Assembly (NCBI GenBank): GCA_040954595.2
Contig: CM082579.2
Span: 12,215,834 to 12,279,833 of the forward strand
Reading direction: 5' to 3'
DNA length: 64,000 nt
Source: Balanoglossus misakiensis
Lineage: Eukaryota; Animalia; Hemichordata
This document shows, piece by piece, positions 43,040-56,541 of the stretch. The notes under the pieces were generated by a model, which ran no database searches, had not been told where the DNA came from, and worked only from the letters and a program-made list of their open reading frames with translations. A program made the translations under genes and the position numbers. The stretch's first letter is position 1. Every line of letters begins with the position of its first letter.

Positions 43040-45010
43040 TACTACGATCCACTCAATACAAAAATGCGTTTTTGGCAAGTTTTAGCCCAAAAAGGCCCTT
43101 TTTAGAAATTAAAATCAAACTTTTCTTCATAAAGTTCAGAGATCATGCGATATATGAAAAGGTCATTATATGTAAAAATTGGTGCTGATTCTAGAAATAA
43201 CAGTCTCATTGACACCACTCAAGACAAAATTGCCGTTTTTGTCACTTTTTTGCCCCCAAAAGATCACTTTTAGAAAACATTCAAAACTCCAATATCTTCT
43301 TCACTTTCGGAGATCTGATAATGTATTATATACCCACTATATGTAAAATTGTGTGACTATTCCAAAAAAGCAGCTTTATTGACGCCACTCAAGACAAAGT
43401 GCCTTTTAGCAAGTTTTTGCCCCCAAAAGCCATTTTCAGGAAAACAATAAAAACAAGCTGTTTTCTTCATATTTGGAGATTTTACGATGTATGAAAAGTC
43501 CATTTTATGTAAAATGGGTGTTGTTTCCAAAAAAAGCACTCTTATTGACCTCGGTCATGATGGAAACACCTTTGTGGCTATGTTTTGCACAACTTTCAAA
43601 TGGTTATTTTTGTAGAAAATATTTATAACATTCTGTTTTCTTCACTTTTGGTGATCTTATGATAAATAAAAGCCCAAACTGAAGTCTTACTTACCCTATT
43701 CAAAAGGAAATTGCCATTCTGGCCACGTTTTTGGTCAAAAATGGTCATTAAAAAAACACTAAAGACAAATTGTTTTCTTCATATTCAGAGATCTCACCAT
43801 GAATGAAGTCCATTCTATGTAAAATGTTGTGACTATTCCAAAACGGCAGTCTGGTTGGCCCCACTCTGGTAAAAATTGCCTTTTTGCCATTTATTGCCTA
43901 AAATAGACCTACCGAAGACAAATTTATCACTTCACCCATTTTCTGGAGAAAAAATATTTGCCTAGGAGTTTTGCAAAATTAGCCCAAATTTAACTCATGA
44001 TGATGTTGAAACAGCGTCGAGAGGAAAAGAAGTTACGAGTTGAACCAAGTAGCGTCGTTTAATATAAACATGCCGCCTGGGACCAAGCATTAAACATGAT
44101 ACAGACGACTAAAAGACTGGCATAGCACAGGGAAAATTCCAAAATATTCCCATAGAGCAGTTGCAAATTAAAACGTCAAGGAATTTAAGTGTTTTTTTAT
44201 AATTATTTGGTTTTAACCCTCATTTTCCCTGTTGTGTGCTAGTTCAGGGGTCAGTTTTAGCTCTATTGAGTATTTAGCATCGTTGGATCGCACTCCTGTC
44301 CAATCGTAATGACGGAGGTGTCATGATATAATATAATTTCTGATTTTGTAATCAGATTGAAGAGGAGTAATGTCAACAATCTCTCCGGAGCTGGTATACC
44401 TGTACATAAACATTTTTATACCATGTATAATCGAGTTATAGTAGACAGTGTGTATACATGGATCGTCTCGTTTTATTGTTCCATTTTAGGCTAAATGTGC
44501 CAAATTGTGACAACTATGTCTTTCAATATAATCAATTCAACTGATATCATTATGGTTATGGCGTTTTAAATTTGCAAATACATCAGAACTCAAAAGCCAA
44601 AAAACAACAATTATTTTGTTTTCTGAAAAAGACAATTGTTGACCAAAAGGCAATTTTGTATTGAGTGGGGTGTCTCAATAAGACTATTGTATTGGTATCA
44701 GCATATTTTTTTGCAAAACAAAATGACTTTCCATTCATCATCAAACATTTAAATACGAAGAACAGCTTGTTTTCATTTTTTCTTGAAATGACAAAAAAAT
44801 GGCCAGAAGGACAATTGTGTAGGGCTGAAAAGAATGTTTGTTTTAGAATCGACTCCCTTTTTTAACAAAAAAGGACTTTCCATACAACATAAGATCTCTG
44901 AATATGAAGAAAGAAGTTTGTTTTTATCTTTTCTAACAGTTACCTTTTTTGAGCAAAGTGGCCAAAATGGCATTTTTTTGAGTCTGTGGAGTCAGTAAGA
45001 GTGCTTTTTT
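43040..45010. repeat. Degenerate satellite-like array of about 170-bp units, with inverted copies at about 44660-45010
   Basis: ccactc..acaaaa..tgcc.tttt motif at about 43050, 43215, 43385 and 43862, with recurring ttcttca..ttc.gagat and atgtaaaa motifs; reverse-complement versions at 44680-45000. Confidence 0.6.
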
Positions 45011-45049
45011 GGAAAATTCACTATACTTTTAAGATAGAATGAAATTTTA

Positions 45050-45050
45050 T

Positions 45051-45103
<53 letters not shown>

Positions 45104-45620
45104 TTATTTCTGCATAATGTAGGCCTCCGGCCCCTTATATGAATACAGAATCTTGAAGTCGTATAAGTGACACCGTCCTAAGACTGAATTATAATAGCAT
45201 GTCATGAGGAAAGAAGAACAAACAAACAAACAACCAACCAATTCTAACGCTCACTCTGCTTCTTTAACTCTGAACGCATGAAAGATAAATAAAGCTAAAT
45301 TCTTGATTTGATTTACATCTTTTGTCTCCATTAAAGTCTTTAAAGAGTATAGGAAAGGTGACCTGTAAAATTCACATGGCAGGTACTTTTTCCTAAAAAA
45401 ATCCCAGAAAGGGCATACTAGCAGAAAATGATATTCATCTTCTATATCTTTCTGATAAAATTTACAGATCCTCAACACCTTGTCTATTTGTCTGTGACGC
45501 CCAGTTTCAATTTCTAGTCGATGGCTTCCACATCTAAATCTTGCCAAGGCTCGGCGATACTTGAAAAAATCAATACATGAAATATACAGTTCGAGTGTTA
45601 AATCTGTTTTGAAGTGCCAG
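45050..45620 (-). mobile_element. 3' fragment of a second RTEX-like LINE with a long (ATT)n tail
   Basis: ARFRCGSHRLEIETGR..RICKF..EDEYHFLLVCP..KNLALFIFHAF (45251-45547). 3' ggccggaggcc hairpin, AATAAA, then (ATT)n at 45051-45103. Confidence 0.85.
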
Positions 45621-46000
45621 TAGAGGATATAACCTTAAATTCTGTTTTTATAAACGAAATGGATAAGTTCCTAAATGAGTTTGATCCATTTAGGGTACAT
45701 GAGTCGAGAAATGACTTTTATTTATTATTAGATCACCAAAGGGAAGGAAATGGCATGTCTTTAGTATTTTCTAAAAGCGACCCTTTTTGGACAAAAACTA
45801 TTTCCATTCGTGTAGGGTTTCCTACATAAGTTACTCAATATCATTTAGAAGCCAATAACTCGAAAATGCCCTGGTGCCCAGATGACAAACTTTACTATCA
45901 GTAACATAGGGGATCTTTTGGTCTTGTGTCGGTCCGGGTGTTCAGACTCGCCGTCCCTGGCCTTTTTTTCTCCGCGGCACGTCTACGCTCCAGTCCACAG

Positions 46001-46295
46001 GCGCTTGTACAGATGCTTTAATGGTATTTTATTGATTGTAAGGTAGCTAAAAACGATCAATCAGTAGCTTAGACAATCTCCAGATTTCGCGTCAAACGAG
46101 CGCTCACGCTATCTTCAGGCCTATACCCCACTGACACATAGATCTCTTTACATGTGTCAGCTGAGTGGGGTTTAGGCCTGAACATAGCATGAGCGCTCGT
46201 ATGGACGTGAAATCGGGAGATCGTCTAAGCTACTGTTTTATCGTTTGAGCTACCTTACAATCAATAAAATACAAATAAAGCATTTGTACAAGCCC
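46001..46295. mobile_element. About 295-bp palindromic element
   Basis: gcttgtaca.atgcttta..gtattttattgattgtaaggtagct... is mirrored by ...agctaccttacaatcaataaaatac..taaagcatttgtacaagc; centre about 46145. Confidence 0.8.
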
Positions 46296-47610
46296 GGAGA
46301 CACCCACCCACAATTACCTAGGATATGCAAGCAACTGGGCGCCGTAGCGCCATCTATAGCAAAATCTAACCATTCTTTCCTTTTATGTGATAATAAGGCA
46401 TTGGGTGCAACGCCCCTGCACGGTCCGCATCACATTATTTAATATCACTTCTACACCAGAACATGTTTAATCAATAAATATTTTTCTCCCGAAAACAACA
46501 TTTATATTTTATTATATTCATTGTAGTTATATGAGTTTTATTTTTCTCACACTCCTGGTATCAGAGTGTGAGAAGAAATCGAACCCACACTCTCACAGAA
46601 TCGAGAGCTGTTTATGAGGCGAGCGCTTATTGGATGACGAAACGTTCTTCACAGACAGAAACCACAACCTGCCGGATGGCAGTTCCATAGTCGATTATTC
46701 AATGTTTCTAATACGAATTTGTCCAAGGACCTTGGATCATATTTCACACACATCTCTGGGATATTTTGTCCTACACTCGCCTGCGGCTCTTGTTGGACAA
46801 AAATCCCCTACTCGGCACAGTGTGAGAATGTGATCCCATTTCCTTGGGAGTGTGAGATGAATAGAATCTCACACTCCCAAGGACCTGGAATTATATGGGA
46901 ATCATGAAGCTTGTGGATAGCATACATGCATATGACAGAATTAGTGAATTGGTGTATTTCGTCGGTGATTTTGTATTCAGGAAATAACACATGCACAATC
47001 AAAGATTTGACGGAAAAATTAGCTCCTGGAAAAGGTGATCCACTCCCAGGATAGGCTTGTAAAAAGGGATCCTATCCGTAATTCTGATGGCCCACCCCTT
47101 AGAATTACTGAAGGCCCCCTAAAGACGTTCTAATATGCTGTATGTATCACATGTTTGGTGTAATAAAATTAATAACAAATGATGTTCCAGCACTATCATG
47201 ATTTTTAGAATCTGTGGTACATTGCGGCCAGTCTATATTTTAATGTATTCTTTCATATAGAAAATAGAAGTTAGGCTAATTATCAATTTTTAAACTCTTC
47301 GCTGTGTTGACGAACCGCTTTTTGGTCCTTTTCGAAGTGAACGGGTTTTCGACGGATATACTATTATACACTTCAATTATAAATTTCTTTAAGAAATTTA
47401 GAATTAACACTCCGGCAGTGGACTTTGACCCTCATCTGTCGCTCATGTTGTACGAGGTCTCATTAGTATATTAATGGCAGTCACTTCCTACGGGTACGTT
47501 CCTACACCAGTCGTGCATGTCGTTGCAACTGCACAATTAGTATGGGGTTGGCACGCAGCTGTCCGTGGGGGTAATCAGCCCCCCCCCCCCAACGGTACAG
47601 CTGCGTACCA

Positions 47611-48778
47611 TAGTCTGGTTCCCTGCCCCAATCCCAGCGCTGGCTGCGCTACGCTAAAGGGAAAGGGTCAGGCACGGCCTATTGTAAACATGGCTCTCAT
47701 TGGTCAATACACACGAGTTAAGATGGGTCCCTAGGATCTTTTTGCTCGTTGCTATGGGCCTTTATAGGACACTACACTCAATTTTGATCGAAACCGTTAT
47801 GAACGTCCGACAAGGGGCTTGTAACTAGTTAAAAATAAACACGATTGTGTGCACACCCCCTGTCTGAGTATGTTTACGGCAGCTACCGCCCGGCCATAGG
47901 CCGCCACGCTAATACGGCAAAGCAGCGGTCAGCGATAGCGTGCGCGTCCTGTAACCACAGTAACTGGATCGAACGCTAAAAATCCAATGTTTTGTACACA
48001 GAGATTTTGTACCGTTCACGAAAATCCCTAAGGCTTTTTTCACAGGCGACGTAGGCCAGCCAAATTTGACCTGCTTGTTGAGAACGCACTTCCGCATAGT
48101 GTGACGGATCGTTTTTTCGGTTTTCGTCGTGCTAAGAAGCGATACCGGTGGAAGAGTGCGTCCAAAAACACCCAAAATCGATGACTTTTTCAGGTGTGGT
48201 ACGGGTATGCTGAAATCGTAGGATACAACGATAATATTCGAAAACAAAATCCGTCACGATCTTCCCTGGTTCAAGCAACTAATGAATACGTATCAAGTTC
48301 GTTTTTGAGGTCACGGAATAAAAAGCCTTAGGCTTTTGAAATTTGACCTAACTAATTTGCATATCAATGGCGTCAGGGGGCGCGCGCTCACAATCGTGCG
48401 TATTTTTAACTAGTTACCAGCCCCTTGTTAGACTCTGAAAACGGCTTAGTCCAAATCGGGGTGTAATGTCCTATAAAGGCCCATAGCAACGGGCAAAAAG
48501 ATCCTAGGGACCCATCTTAAGTTGTTGGAAGATACTCATTTCCCGTTCTCTCCTTCACCTCCATGAATGTTTATCATTCGATTTCTATCTTTACAACAAA
48601 CGAAACAAAATAAACTGCCTGGATGAATCTTGACTGGCGTACGGACATGGGAGGCATCCATCTTGTTTATGATCACGTGGTCTTCCCAGGTTTCTGGGCA
48701 TGAAATCGGGCCGTACCTGACCCCTTTCCCTTTAGCCTAGCGCAGCCAGCGGTGGGATTAGGGCAGGGAACCAGACTA
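47611..48778. mobile_element. Non-autonomous AcademH-like transposon
   Basis: About 70-bp TIRs TAGTCTGGTTCCCTGCCC / GGGCAGGGAACCAGACTA. 10-bp TSD CTGCGTACCA (47601-47610, 48779-48788). TAG..CTA ends with a 9-10 bp TSD fit AcademH. Confidence 0.75.
47722..48516. mobile_element. Nested TTAA-specific MITE (Kolobok-like)
   Basis: TTAA|GATGGGTCCCTAGGATCTTTTTGC ... GCAAAAAGATCCTAGGGACCCATC|TTAA, with TIRs of about 115 bp. Confidence 0.85.
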
Positions 48779-51700
48779 CTGCGTACCACAGCTTGAGCGC
48801 GATTCTCATTATCATAACACCGCAAAGCATGCTGAGAAATGTCAGCACTCATTTACCTCTATTTTGGCGGCCAAGAACCAAGGGTACGTGGCGAGATTTT
48901 AATCCAAATTTTACCATTTTTTTGTGAGTACATGACAGATTTTGTTATCTTTGTGAAAAGTATTGAAATAAAGCAATAAGAGAATCAAAGAGATGAATTC
49001 AGTAGATTTGTGAAAAATAAAAATAACAGAGTTACCTTTGACCCCTTCTATTTTAGCCTTCAGAGGCATATACCGACTTTGATTTTTTGTGCCTTTTCAT
49101 CCAAACAATCAATGGACGAGAAAAAATGTGGTATATACTCTATTCCATTAGAACTTTATGGGAAACTATCGTATATTATCATCAACGACTGTATAGGGAC
49201 TGTGGGATCTCCCCAATTCTTGTTGTTATTAAAATTGACGATTTTGTAGAAAATACCGTGATTTTGCCGTGTCGTAGTAAAAAAAAATCCAGACGCAAAT
49301 GTCATGCAGAGTGTTTATTTTAATCACTCACCACCTCTTATGCTCATTTTTTTGTCCAGAACATCTTGCCCGTAAATTTCACACATACAGCAGGTTCTTT
49401 CTGGCCAACAATGTTTTTGGGTCAAAATGCAGTGATTTGTTTGATTGTTTTTGCCTTTTCATCCACAGATTGAAAATGAATCAAACTCGAATTTCTGGGG
49501 TCATAAGTACTTGATTGGTATCATACGTACCTATTTTTGCTTGTGCAAAGCCTTTTTAAAAATATCCAGTCACATGAAGTGAGGCGTAAAATGTAGTTTG
49601 TTGTTATTTTGGTTATGAATGTTTCTGGGCCTTCAATCAATAATTTATCAGATACGACCATCCGCAGTGCCCAAAATACTTACGATACATGTTGTTATTT
49701 CATAATCACACCGATCGAACACAGATACCCCTTGTGGATGGGGTTAGCCTAATTCAAGATTCACGTTTCAAGTTTCAAGATTCACGTTTCAAGTTTCACG
49801 TTTCACGTTCCACGGCCCAAGATTCAACAGTGGACTTGGATTCACGATTCACTTCCAACACTAAACTTATATTCTGATTCAGATTCGAGTTTTGTCTAAT
49901 ATGTTTATGCTGCCGTAACCAGGGTGCGTACGATTGTTTATTGCGTTAGGGTTAGGGTTAATTCTGATATAATTGATAGGTTTAGGGTCCGGGTATATTT
50001 TACAACCGATAACTAAAGCAAAAGGACTAATTCCTATATTCGGAATCAAGTGAATGCTATGTAGACGGCGAAAGGACGTGACAGGCTTCTATTTTCCTGT
50101 ATGGGTGGGGATTGTCTTCTCGTGATTCGAACCTGGCCGATTATCGTTCAACGGTCATGCATTGACAGTTACTGCCACGGTACGGCCGTCACCGGCGCCG
50201 CGCTGGCTTCATATCCACCGTACGATGTTGATGATCGTGGCATAGACTCTCATTCGTTTTTGTGGAACTCACACGGGTGACTCCCGTCTAGGTAATGTGT
50301 TGCTGCAACCACGGCAAACAACTCCTTTTCCCATAGTGGTATTACACAGAAAAGCACGAAAACACCGTATGACACCTGTGAGCATCGCTAAAGCTGGTCT
50401 ACCTGACCGGTTCCTCTTGTGACGTCACGTCACGTGACCAAAATGCAGCAAATCTGTACTCAGACTTTTCAGGACGGGGTGGATTTTGAAGCATTTTATG
50501 AGAACAAAACAAATATTATAGAAATCGATACCCGAAAAATATAGTCACTTTTGGAAAATAGTACATTTCTTTTGAACATTTTTTAACCTTCTGATAAGAT
50601 TTAAAAAGGCAAGATATGCTCTTTAATGAGTGATAATAGACACGCCGACTTTGCGCGCTCAGTCTGAAGACTGTTCAGCGTGAGCAAATCTAGACAACAA
50701 AGTTGTAAAACTGCTACAATTTATCACATGACCTGACCGGCAGGAAATTCACTGTGAAATGATTGGTTGGGTACCCATGATATTTGGCGCGCTTTTTTGA
50801 TGACAATTCATAAAGTTGGTACCTGTTATTTGGTTGGAGGAGGAAGCGTACTTGACAGCTGAAAACAACATCTTTGGAAAAGCGTTGATAACACGTGGGG
50901 TAATTTGTTTAATATGTCAATCTAAGTTTTTCAACAAGCGTCATTATTTTCCATTGGTTGTTTCACGGTGTCAATCAACGCGCCACGGAGAAACCTGACA
51001 TTAGCCAACCCTCATAGGAAAGCCGTCATAAAGAGTCGGTGACGAGGAAAGCGTCAGGACTAAACCAGATATCGTCCCGGTAGGATCTATTTGTCGAGTA
51101 CCATTTATGTTTACATCATAGTTGGGCGTCCTTGAAAAAGTGGACGCCCAGATCAGAATGGGTAAGTCGCCGAACATAGACACTCCAGGTAACTGGAGTG
51201 CCTTGTCCAACAATGATTCGAGAACGGTCATTCCTTCGAACGTGATTTAAGGACCGGCTGATTTCTATTTATAGCCTTGGTAGATGTATCGAGCATATTG
51301 TTTTCATGCAGTGTCCGACCATCTGACTGGTTGGACGAAAGTTGTCGAAGATTAAATAGTATACGTCTGTAGACTTTCTCACATCACCTCTCGCCGCCTA
51401 CGCAGATTGTTCGTCTGATTGTATATATGCACTCAATGGTCTAGTGAAGCCCAACCTGCAAGTCGGTGAACCCGGACCAAGCGGTATTTCTCCTTTGCTA
51501 AACGGTTGAGGGCGCGTCAGTACAGAGCTTTGCAGCGAAGCATGGGCTGTAAATGTACGCCCTCCCTTTTTTATTTTGCCCCACTCAATTTAATACCCAA
51601 GTTAATTGTTAAACTCTCGGGCTACTGAACGAGAAATTGCCCCATGAGGGCGCTGTGAGATTACGCCTTTAAGCACAATAATGAAAATGAAAATATAGAT

Positions 51701-52194
51701 GCAACATACCTTGCCTTTTAATTAATATCATACTAGTAAGACATAGCATAATATGCGTAACTCATTTTTTGACAAAGCGACTAAGTGTTAAGTAAACCCA
51801 CTGAGTTTTCCATTAAAATGACGTTGATGACTCAGCTAAACCTTTGCAGTCTGTTTTATGTATATACAGTATGTTTTAGTAAACAGTTAATTTAAGAAAA
51901 GATCCTTAATATAAAAACAAAAACAAATAAAGCACTCATACATAGTCAAATAGCACAAGTGAATGAATATATTTTCCCTGGATAAGAGTGCAATGGAAAA
52001 TTGGGTAAAAGCAATTTGTAATTAACGTACGAAATCTTGATGCCGCAATTCATCACGTCATGTTAAACGGAAGTGTCTGGGTGTTTTTCACGGAAAATGA
52101 AGTATTATACTTTAAAACTTGTCCGGGATTGCAGGGTGTTGTACCTGCAGAGGTGAATTACGGGATATAAAATATAAGAAAAAAATGGACTCAC

Positions 52195-52492
52195 TTGTAA
52201 CTTTCTGTAATGCAGAGTAAATCTTTGTATACCCAATCCCTGCAGTTGGTTCGTTAATTGAAATTCTGGATTCACGTGCGTGAACGACGAATATTGCCAT
52301 GCTCGGTTTATTCCTCTCTTCAACCATGAGAATCTCTTGGCTTTTTTGGTCTATCCCGTCCAAGGGGAAAAATTCTAGCTCTACACTGTAGTTGCCCCAA
52401 TGATCTTCCGGAAACAATGTAGTTTTCACCTTTTCAAGGTCGACGAGTTTATCACAGTTCAGCATGATGATTCTTGACGGAGCGGAGGCCAT
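52195..52492 (-). CDS. Exon 1 of uncharacterised gene (alpha/beta, possibly TIR/flavodoxin-like domain)
   Basis: acaATGG start. MASAPSRIIMLNCDKLVDL...SMAIFVVHARESRISINEPTAGIGYTKIYSALQKVT. Donor A|GTGAGT, phase 1. Confidence 0.8.
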
Positions 52493-53200
52493 TGTTTCTG
52501 TCAGCGTAAAATGTATGCATATAGTATGTCAAAGAATACGTTTGGGTATGAGACAGCTTCGGCATAATAGACTAGACTCTGTGTGAAATCCTTTCATGAA
52601 TCATTTAAGTTTTCAAGGCACACCTTGCGTAGAGTGTTGGTACTCAACTTACCCTGAATCGTTCCCTCGTGTGTCACCGAGTCAGAGTAAAATCTTTAAG
52701 AAAGATGTAGCATATAATAACACACTGACACCAGCAGTAGGCGTGTCTTATTAAGCTGCATGTTTCTATGCTGACCAATCACACTATGCCACCTGCAATT
52801 TCCACGACAATAGGCCAACACAAGCCTTCCCGGGCCTTTTGTCGAACCCCTTATGTTAGCCACCTAAAATGCCCTTACGACTTTGTGTTGTTCCCTGTTG
52901 CTGTCCTCATATTGCTGCTCTAGTTGTCATTCGTCCAGAAAGTACCCATGAAGACTGTATGAGTGTGTTTGATTACTAATTTAGGGGGTTCAAGCACCTA
53001 GGCCCGACTTGTCTGTGTTTAAGACTTTGCACAGATAAACAAATACTTTGACAGGTCGTTGGCAGGGTGACAGGATTGTCAGTGTCAAAAGGCTTATTCA
53101 GGTAGGAGTTACTTCATAGCACCTGCTGACGAACTGATGTGAACATACTCATCGCAAATTTCAGTCAAATCTCGAAAGCAGAAGAATATTGAACTCAGTG

Positions 53201-53209
53201 ATGGGGGAG
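53201..53209 (+). CDS. Probable first coding exon (MGE) of IFI44-like gene
   Basis: ATGGGGGAG|GTAAGC is a phase-0 donor matching the phase-0 acceptor at 53526. The start could lie further upstream. Confidence 0.55.
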
Positions 53210-53525
53210 GTAAGCCGTATAATTTGACAACTACGCACTCTGTATTTCGAGCCCTCGCCGAAAAGAATACGACGCGCCATGAAATTCCTAAGCGCCTAAG
53301 TCATGCAACACATCATTGACACGGAACATGGCTGACCCTTGTGGTTGGGATATATAATATTCAACACGAATGACTCATATTGATATTCTTGTTAGTATAC
53401 CAATATCATGCGGGATATTTATTATGGCCAATCTTTACATTTACCTCATTATTAGTGACAATAACTAACTTTCTAAAAGACAGCTGGTGTCCGTTGAGTC
53501 ACCTTATAAACTTCCTGATTTTCAG

Positions 53526-53910
53526 TTTTGTGACCAGAAAAAAGTTGCCGCTGCTGTTGAGAAAGAAAAACAACGTCAGGAAAATGAAATGAAAAAGTTG
53601 CGTGAGGAACACGTTAAAGCGATGAAATTACTTGTTCCGACTAAAAAAAAAGAAGAGAAACGCATCTCGAACAAGGAAGAAATAGAGAAGGCAGTGCAGA
53701 AGGAGAGGAAGCGCCTTCAGAATGAGTTAAGAACAACAATGGAAGAAGAAGCTCTGCGTGAAAGGAAATGTACGGAAGAAAAAAATTACCAATGGTTGAA
53801 AGAGCATCTTTTACCAAAACTTAAAACCTACAAACCTACAGATATCATTGGTTCTTTGCCTTTTGAAAGACATGGGTTGCCTACCGAAGAAGTAACAGTG
53901 ATAAACATAT
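53526..53910 (+). CDS. IFI44-like gene, coiled-coil exon
   Basis: ttttcAG|TTT acceptor. K/E-rich helical segment, then LKTYKP...VINI. Donor T|GTAAGT, phase 1. Confidence 0.8.
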
Positions 53911-53953
53911 GTAAGTGACTATAAATCGAATTGTTTTATTACTTTAACTGATA

Positions 53954-54102
53954 TTCATTCATTCATTCATTCATTCATTCATTCATTCATTCATTCATTC
54001 ATTCATTCATTCATTCATTCATTCATTCATCAATCCATCCATCGATTCATTCATTCATTCATTCATTCATTCATTCATTCATTCATTCATTCATTCATTC
54101 AT
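53954..54102. repeat. (TTCA)n microsatellite
   Basis: Direct reading of the sequence. Confidence 0.95.
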
Positions 54103-54344
54103 TTGTTTATGTTATTTATTTCCTTGCAATTGCTTCTTTATTCAATCATTCAATAAGTTATCCAGTCATTAACTGAACTTTTTGTATAAAACTTACCTTA
54201 ATTAAGGACTGCTATTTTCAGTCCTATACTGTTTACAGTAGGGGGGCACAGCAATTAGACCCTAGAGTCATGTTCTGATAAACAAGAGAGAGAGGACACG
54301 CAACTCTAGTTTTTTTCTTAAAACAGTGCTCTTTTGTATAGTAG

Positions 54345-56375
54345 GGGTCACACACACCATCAAGACTGTTCTGAAGCGTCTCAGATCAGATACCGTCTTA
54401 AAAAACATGTATGGACGGTGTGTAGTGGTTCTGAAACGGCTTAGATTTGAGACGGCTACCGGGTTCATACAGGACAAAAATTGAGACACTATTTGCCTAT
54501 GGTAATCACAGAGCATTAATCTTTTATGTCGCGTTGTGTCCACACACACAACGTTTATCTATAGGCGCTGAGGCTCGACCCCATAGACAATAGGTTGTGG
54601 AGAGGTGTTAATCCTTACATCCGCTCAGGTCTGGCCGGAAAAGACGTCTCAAATCTGAGATGCTTCCAGGACCACCTACACCGTCCACACTTGTCTTTTT
54701 AAGACGGTATCTGATCTGAGCACAGGGGGCTGCAAACATGAAAGTTATAAATGGCGGAGTTCCTGCATTTCCCCCCCAATAAACATTACTTGATGAACAG
54801 TCTTTGTGCTTGTTTATTTTTCTGTGTTACCTCCACCTATCTTATCAGTTGCTAATCCAGAATACAAGCTATCGCATTTCCCATAACGACTTAATCTGTG
54901 TGCCCCATCCACGGATTTAGTGGATTAAGTAAACATCGGTCAGTTCTCACTCGGTAAAAGAAGAGAAAGGGGGGAAACTCGCTCAAGGCATGTCCAGAGG
55001 TTGCCCGTAAACCCGGATACCTCTTAATATTCATATATTCATAAATCAACAAGGAGCTAAACGCATGAATATGCATAAGTTTAATGCACGGAAGAATTAC
55101 GAACGCGTTGCCTGGCGCAGCGTCTGTTTATGTTCCGCGGCACATTCAGATTTTACAATATTTATAGAGTTATCACATGAACTGGCCCGTATAGCCACCT
55201 ATGTGAAGTAGAACTGGTCGAATTAAAATTTGCCGAATTTACCCTTGTTCTACGTCATCAATCCGAACTTTTTTTCACTGATTCGCCCGTCTGTCGCTGT
55301 AACTTTCTTGTTAAACGAAATTACAAGTGCATGTACTGGTGGCCCATGAGAATATCGGTGGGTAAAATCAATACGAGAAAGGTGGATTTGAAAAGTCGAA
55401 GTTACGATCGTGGACGTGTACCGGTCCCAAGCGAGCCAGCACATTTGTTGATTTTTCGATGACCGTCCACCGGTCATCGAAACTTGCGAGACCTGGAAAA
55501 ACGTCGCAGTTCATGTTGTTAGAGAATCGATAACGTTTGTCTGGGGTCCGAGGCTGTTATGCCGCTACGAGCGTTTGTAGGCCCATTTCTGCGGAAACAG
55601 ACGCCCGTATCTATATCTGTGCCTTCGGAGAACAATTTTTGTAGGCCTATATGGAAAGTTTGCCACTTTAATTTTAGTCAGCAACTTGTGAAACGAACGT
55701 AAACAAAACAGCTGCATGCTATGCATATCTTGGGTAATTTGTTTACCCCTGAAGCTCACGTGGTCTTGAAATAAACAGTCAAAAGTGGTTTCCGGCTTTA
55801 CGGGCGACCTCTGGACATCGCCGAGTGAACGTCCAGTCACGTTTTCTGAGACAACGAAGCAATTTCCACGCGTCCAAAGCGAGCTGCTCACATTTTTAAG
55901 CATAAGAAAACTGCAGACATGCCTTGAGCGAGTTTCCTCCCTTCCTTTTGTTATACCCAGTACTCGCTGACCGGTGTTTACTTTATCAAATTAATCCGTG
56001 GATGGGGCACACAGATTAAGTCGTTAGCAGGTGATTAATGGGAAATGGATATATTTTATTCTGGATTATGATAAGACAGGTGGGGAAAATTCAGATCGGA
56101 ACGTACTCCGCCATTTATAACTTTCATGTTTGCAGCCCTCTGTGATCTGAGACGCTTCAGGACCGTCTTAATGGTGTGTGTGTGACCCCAGGCTTTGTCG
56201 GCCAGACCTGAGCTGGTGTAAGGATTAACACCTCTCAGCAATCCATTGTCTATGGGGCCGAGCCTCAGCGCCTATACACAAACTTTGTGTGTGTGGACTC
56301 AAGGCAACTCAAAGGATTAATGCTCTGTGTTTACCATAGGCAAAAAGTGTCTCAAATTTTACTTTGTGTGAACCT
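54345..56375. mobile_element. Foldback/palindromic host element interrupted by a P-like insertion
   Basis: 54345-54395 mirrors 56143-56190; 54480-54640 mirrors 56198-56360. Confidence 0.6.
54721..56144. mobile_element. Non-autonomous P-like TIR element
   Basis: TIRs CACAG(G/A)GGGCTGCAAACATGAAAGTTATAAATGGCGGAGT. 7-bp TSD ATCTGAG (54714-54720, 56145-56151). Further internal inverted blocks at about 54885-54990 and 55920-56025. Confidence 0.75.
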
Positions 56376-56541
56376 GGTATTGGAATACATTGTCACCTGA
56401 TAATCCCCAATAATCCAATTTGCTAATAAACTATGAATAAACTAACCCAAAGTCTCGCGTTTTGCAAGAAGTTATCACGCACGCACCAGAACGAGAACAG
56501 ACGAGAAAACTGCAACGTGGTGGAACTGCAGTGATTATATA

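Noticed and set aside
49946-49990. TTAGGG telomeric repeats
   Set aside because: Only 2-3 copies, interstitial; not a telomere or a meaningful array.
50115-50200. tRNA gene (minus-strand GGTTCGAATC B-box)
   Set aside because: No cloverleaf or convincing A-box; at most a SINE remnant.
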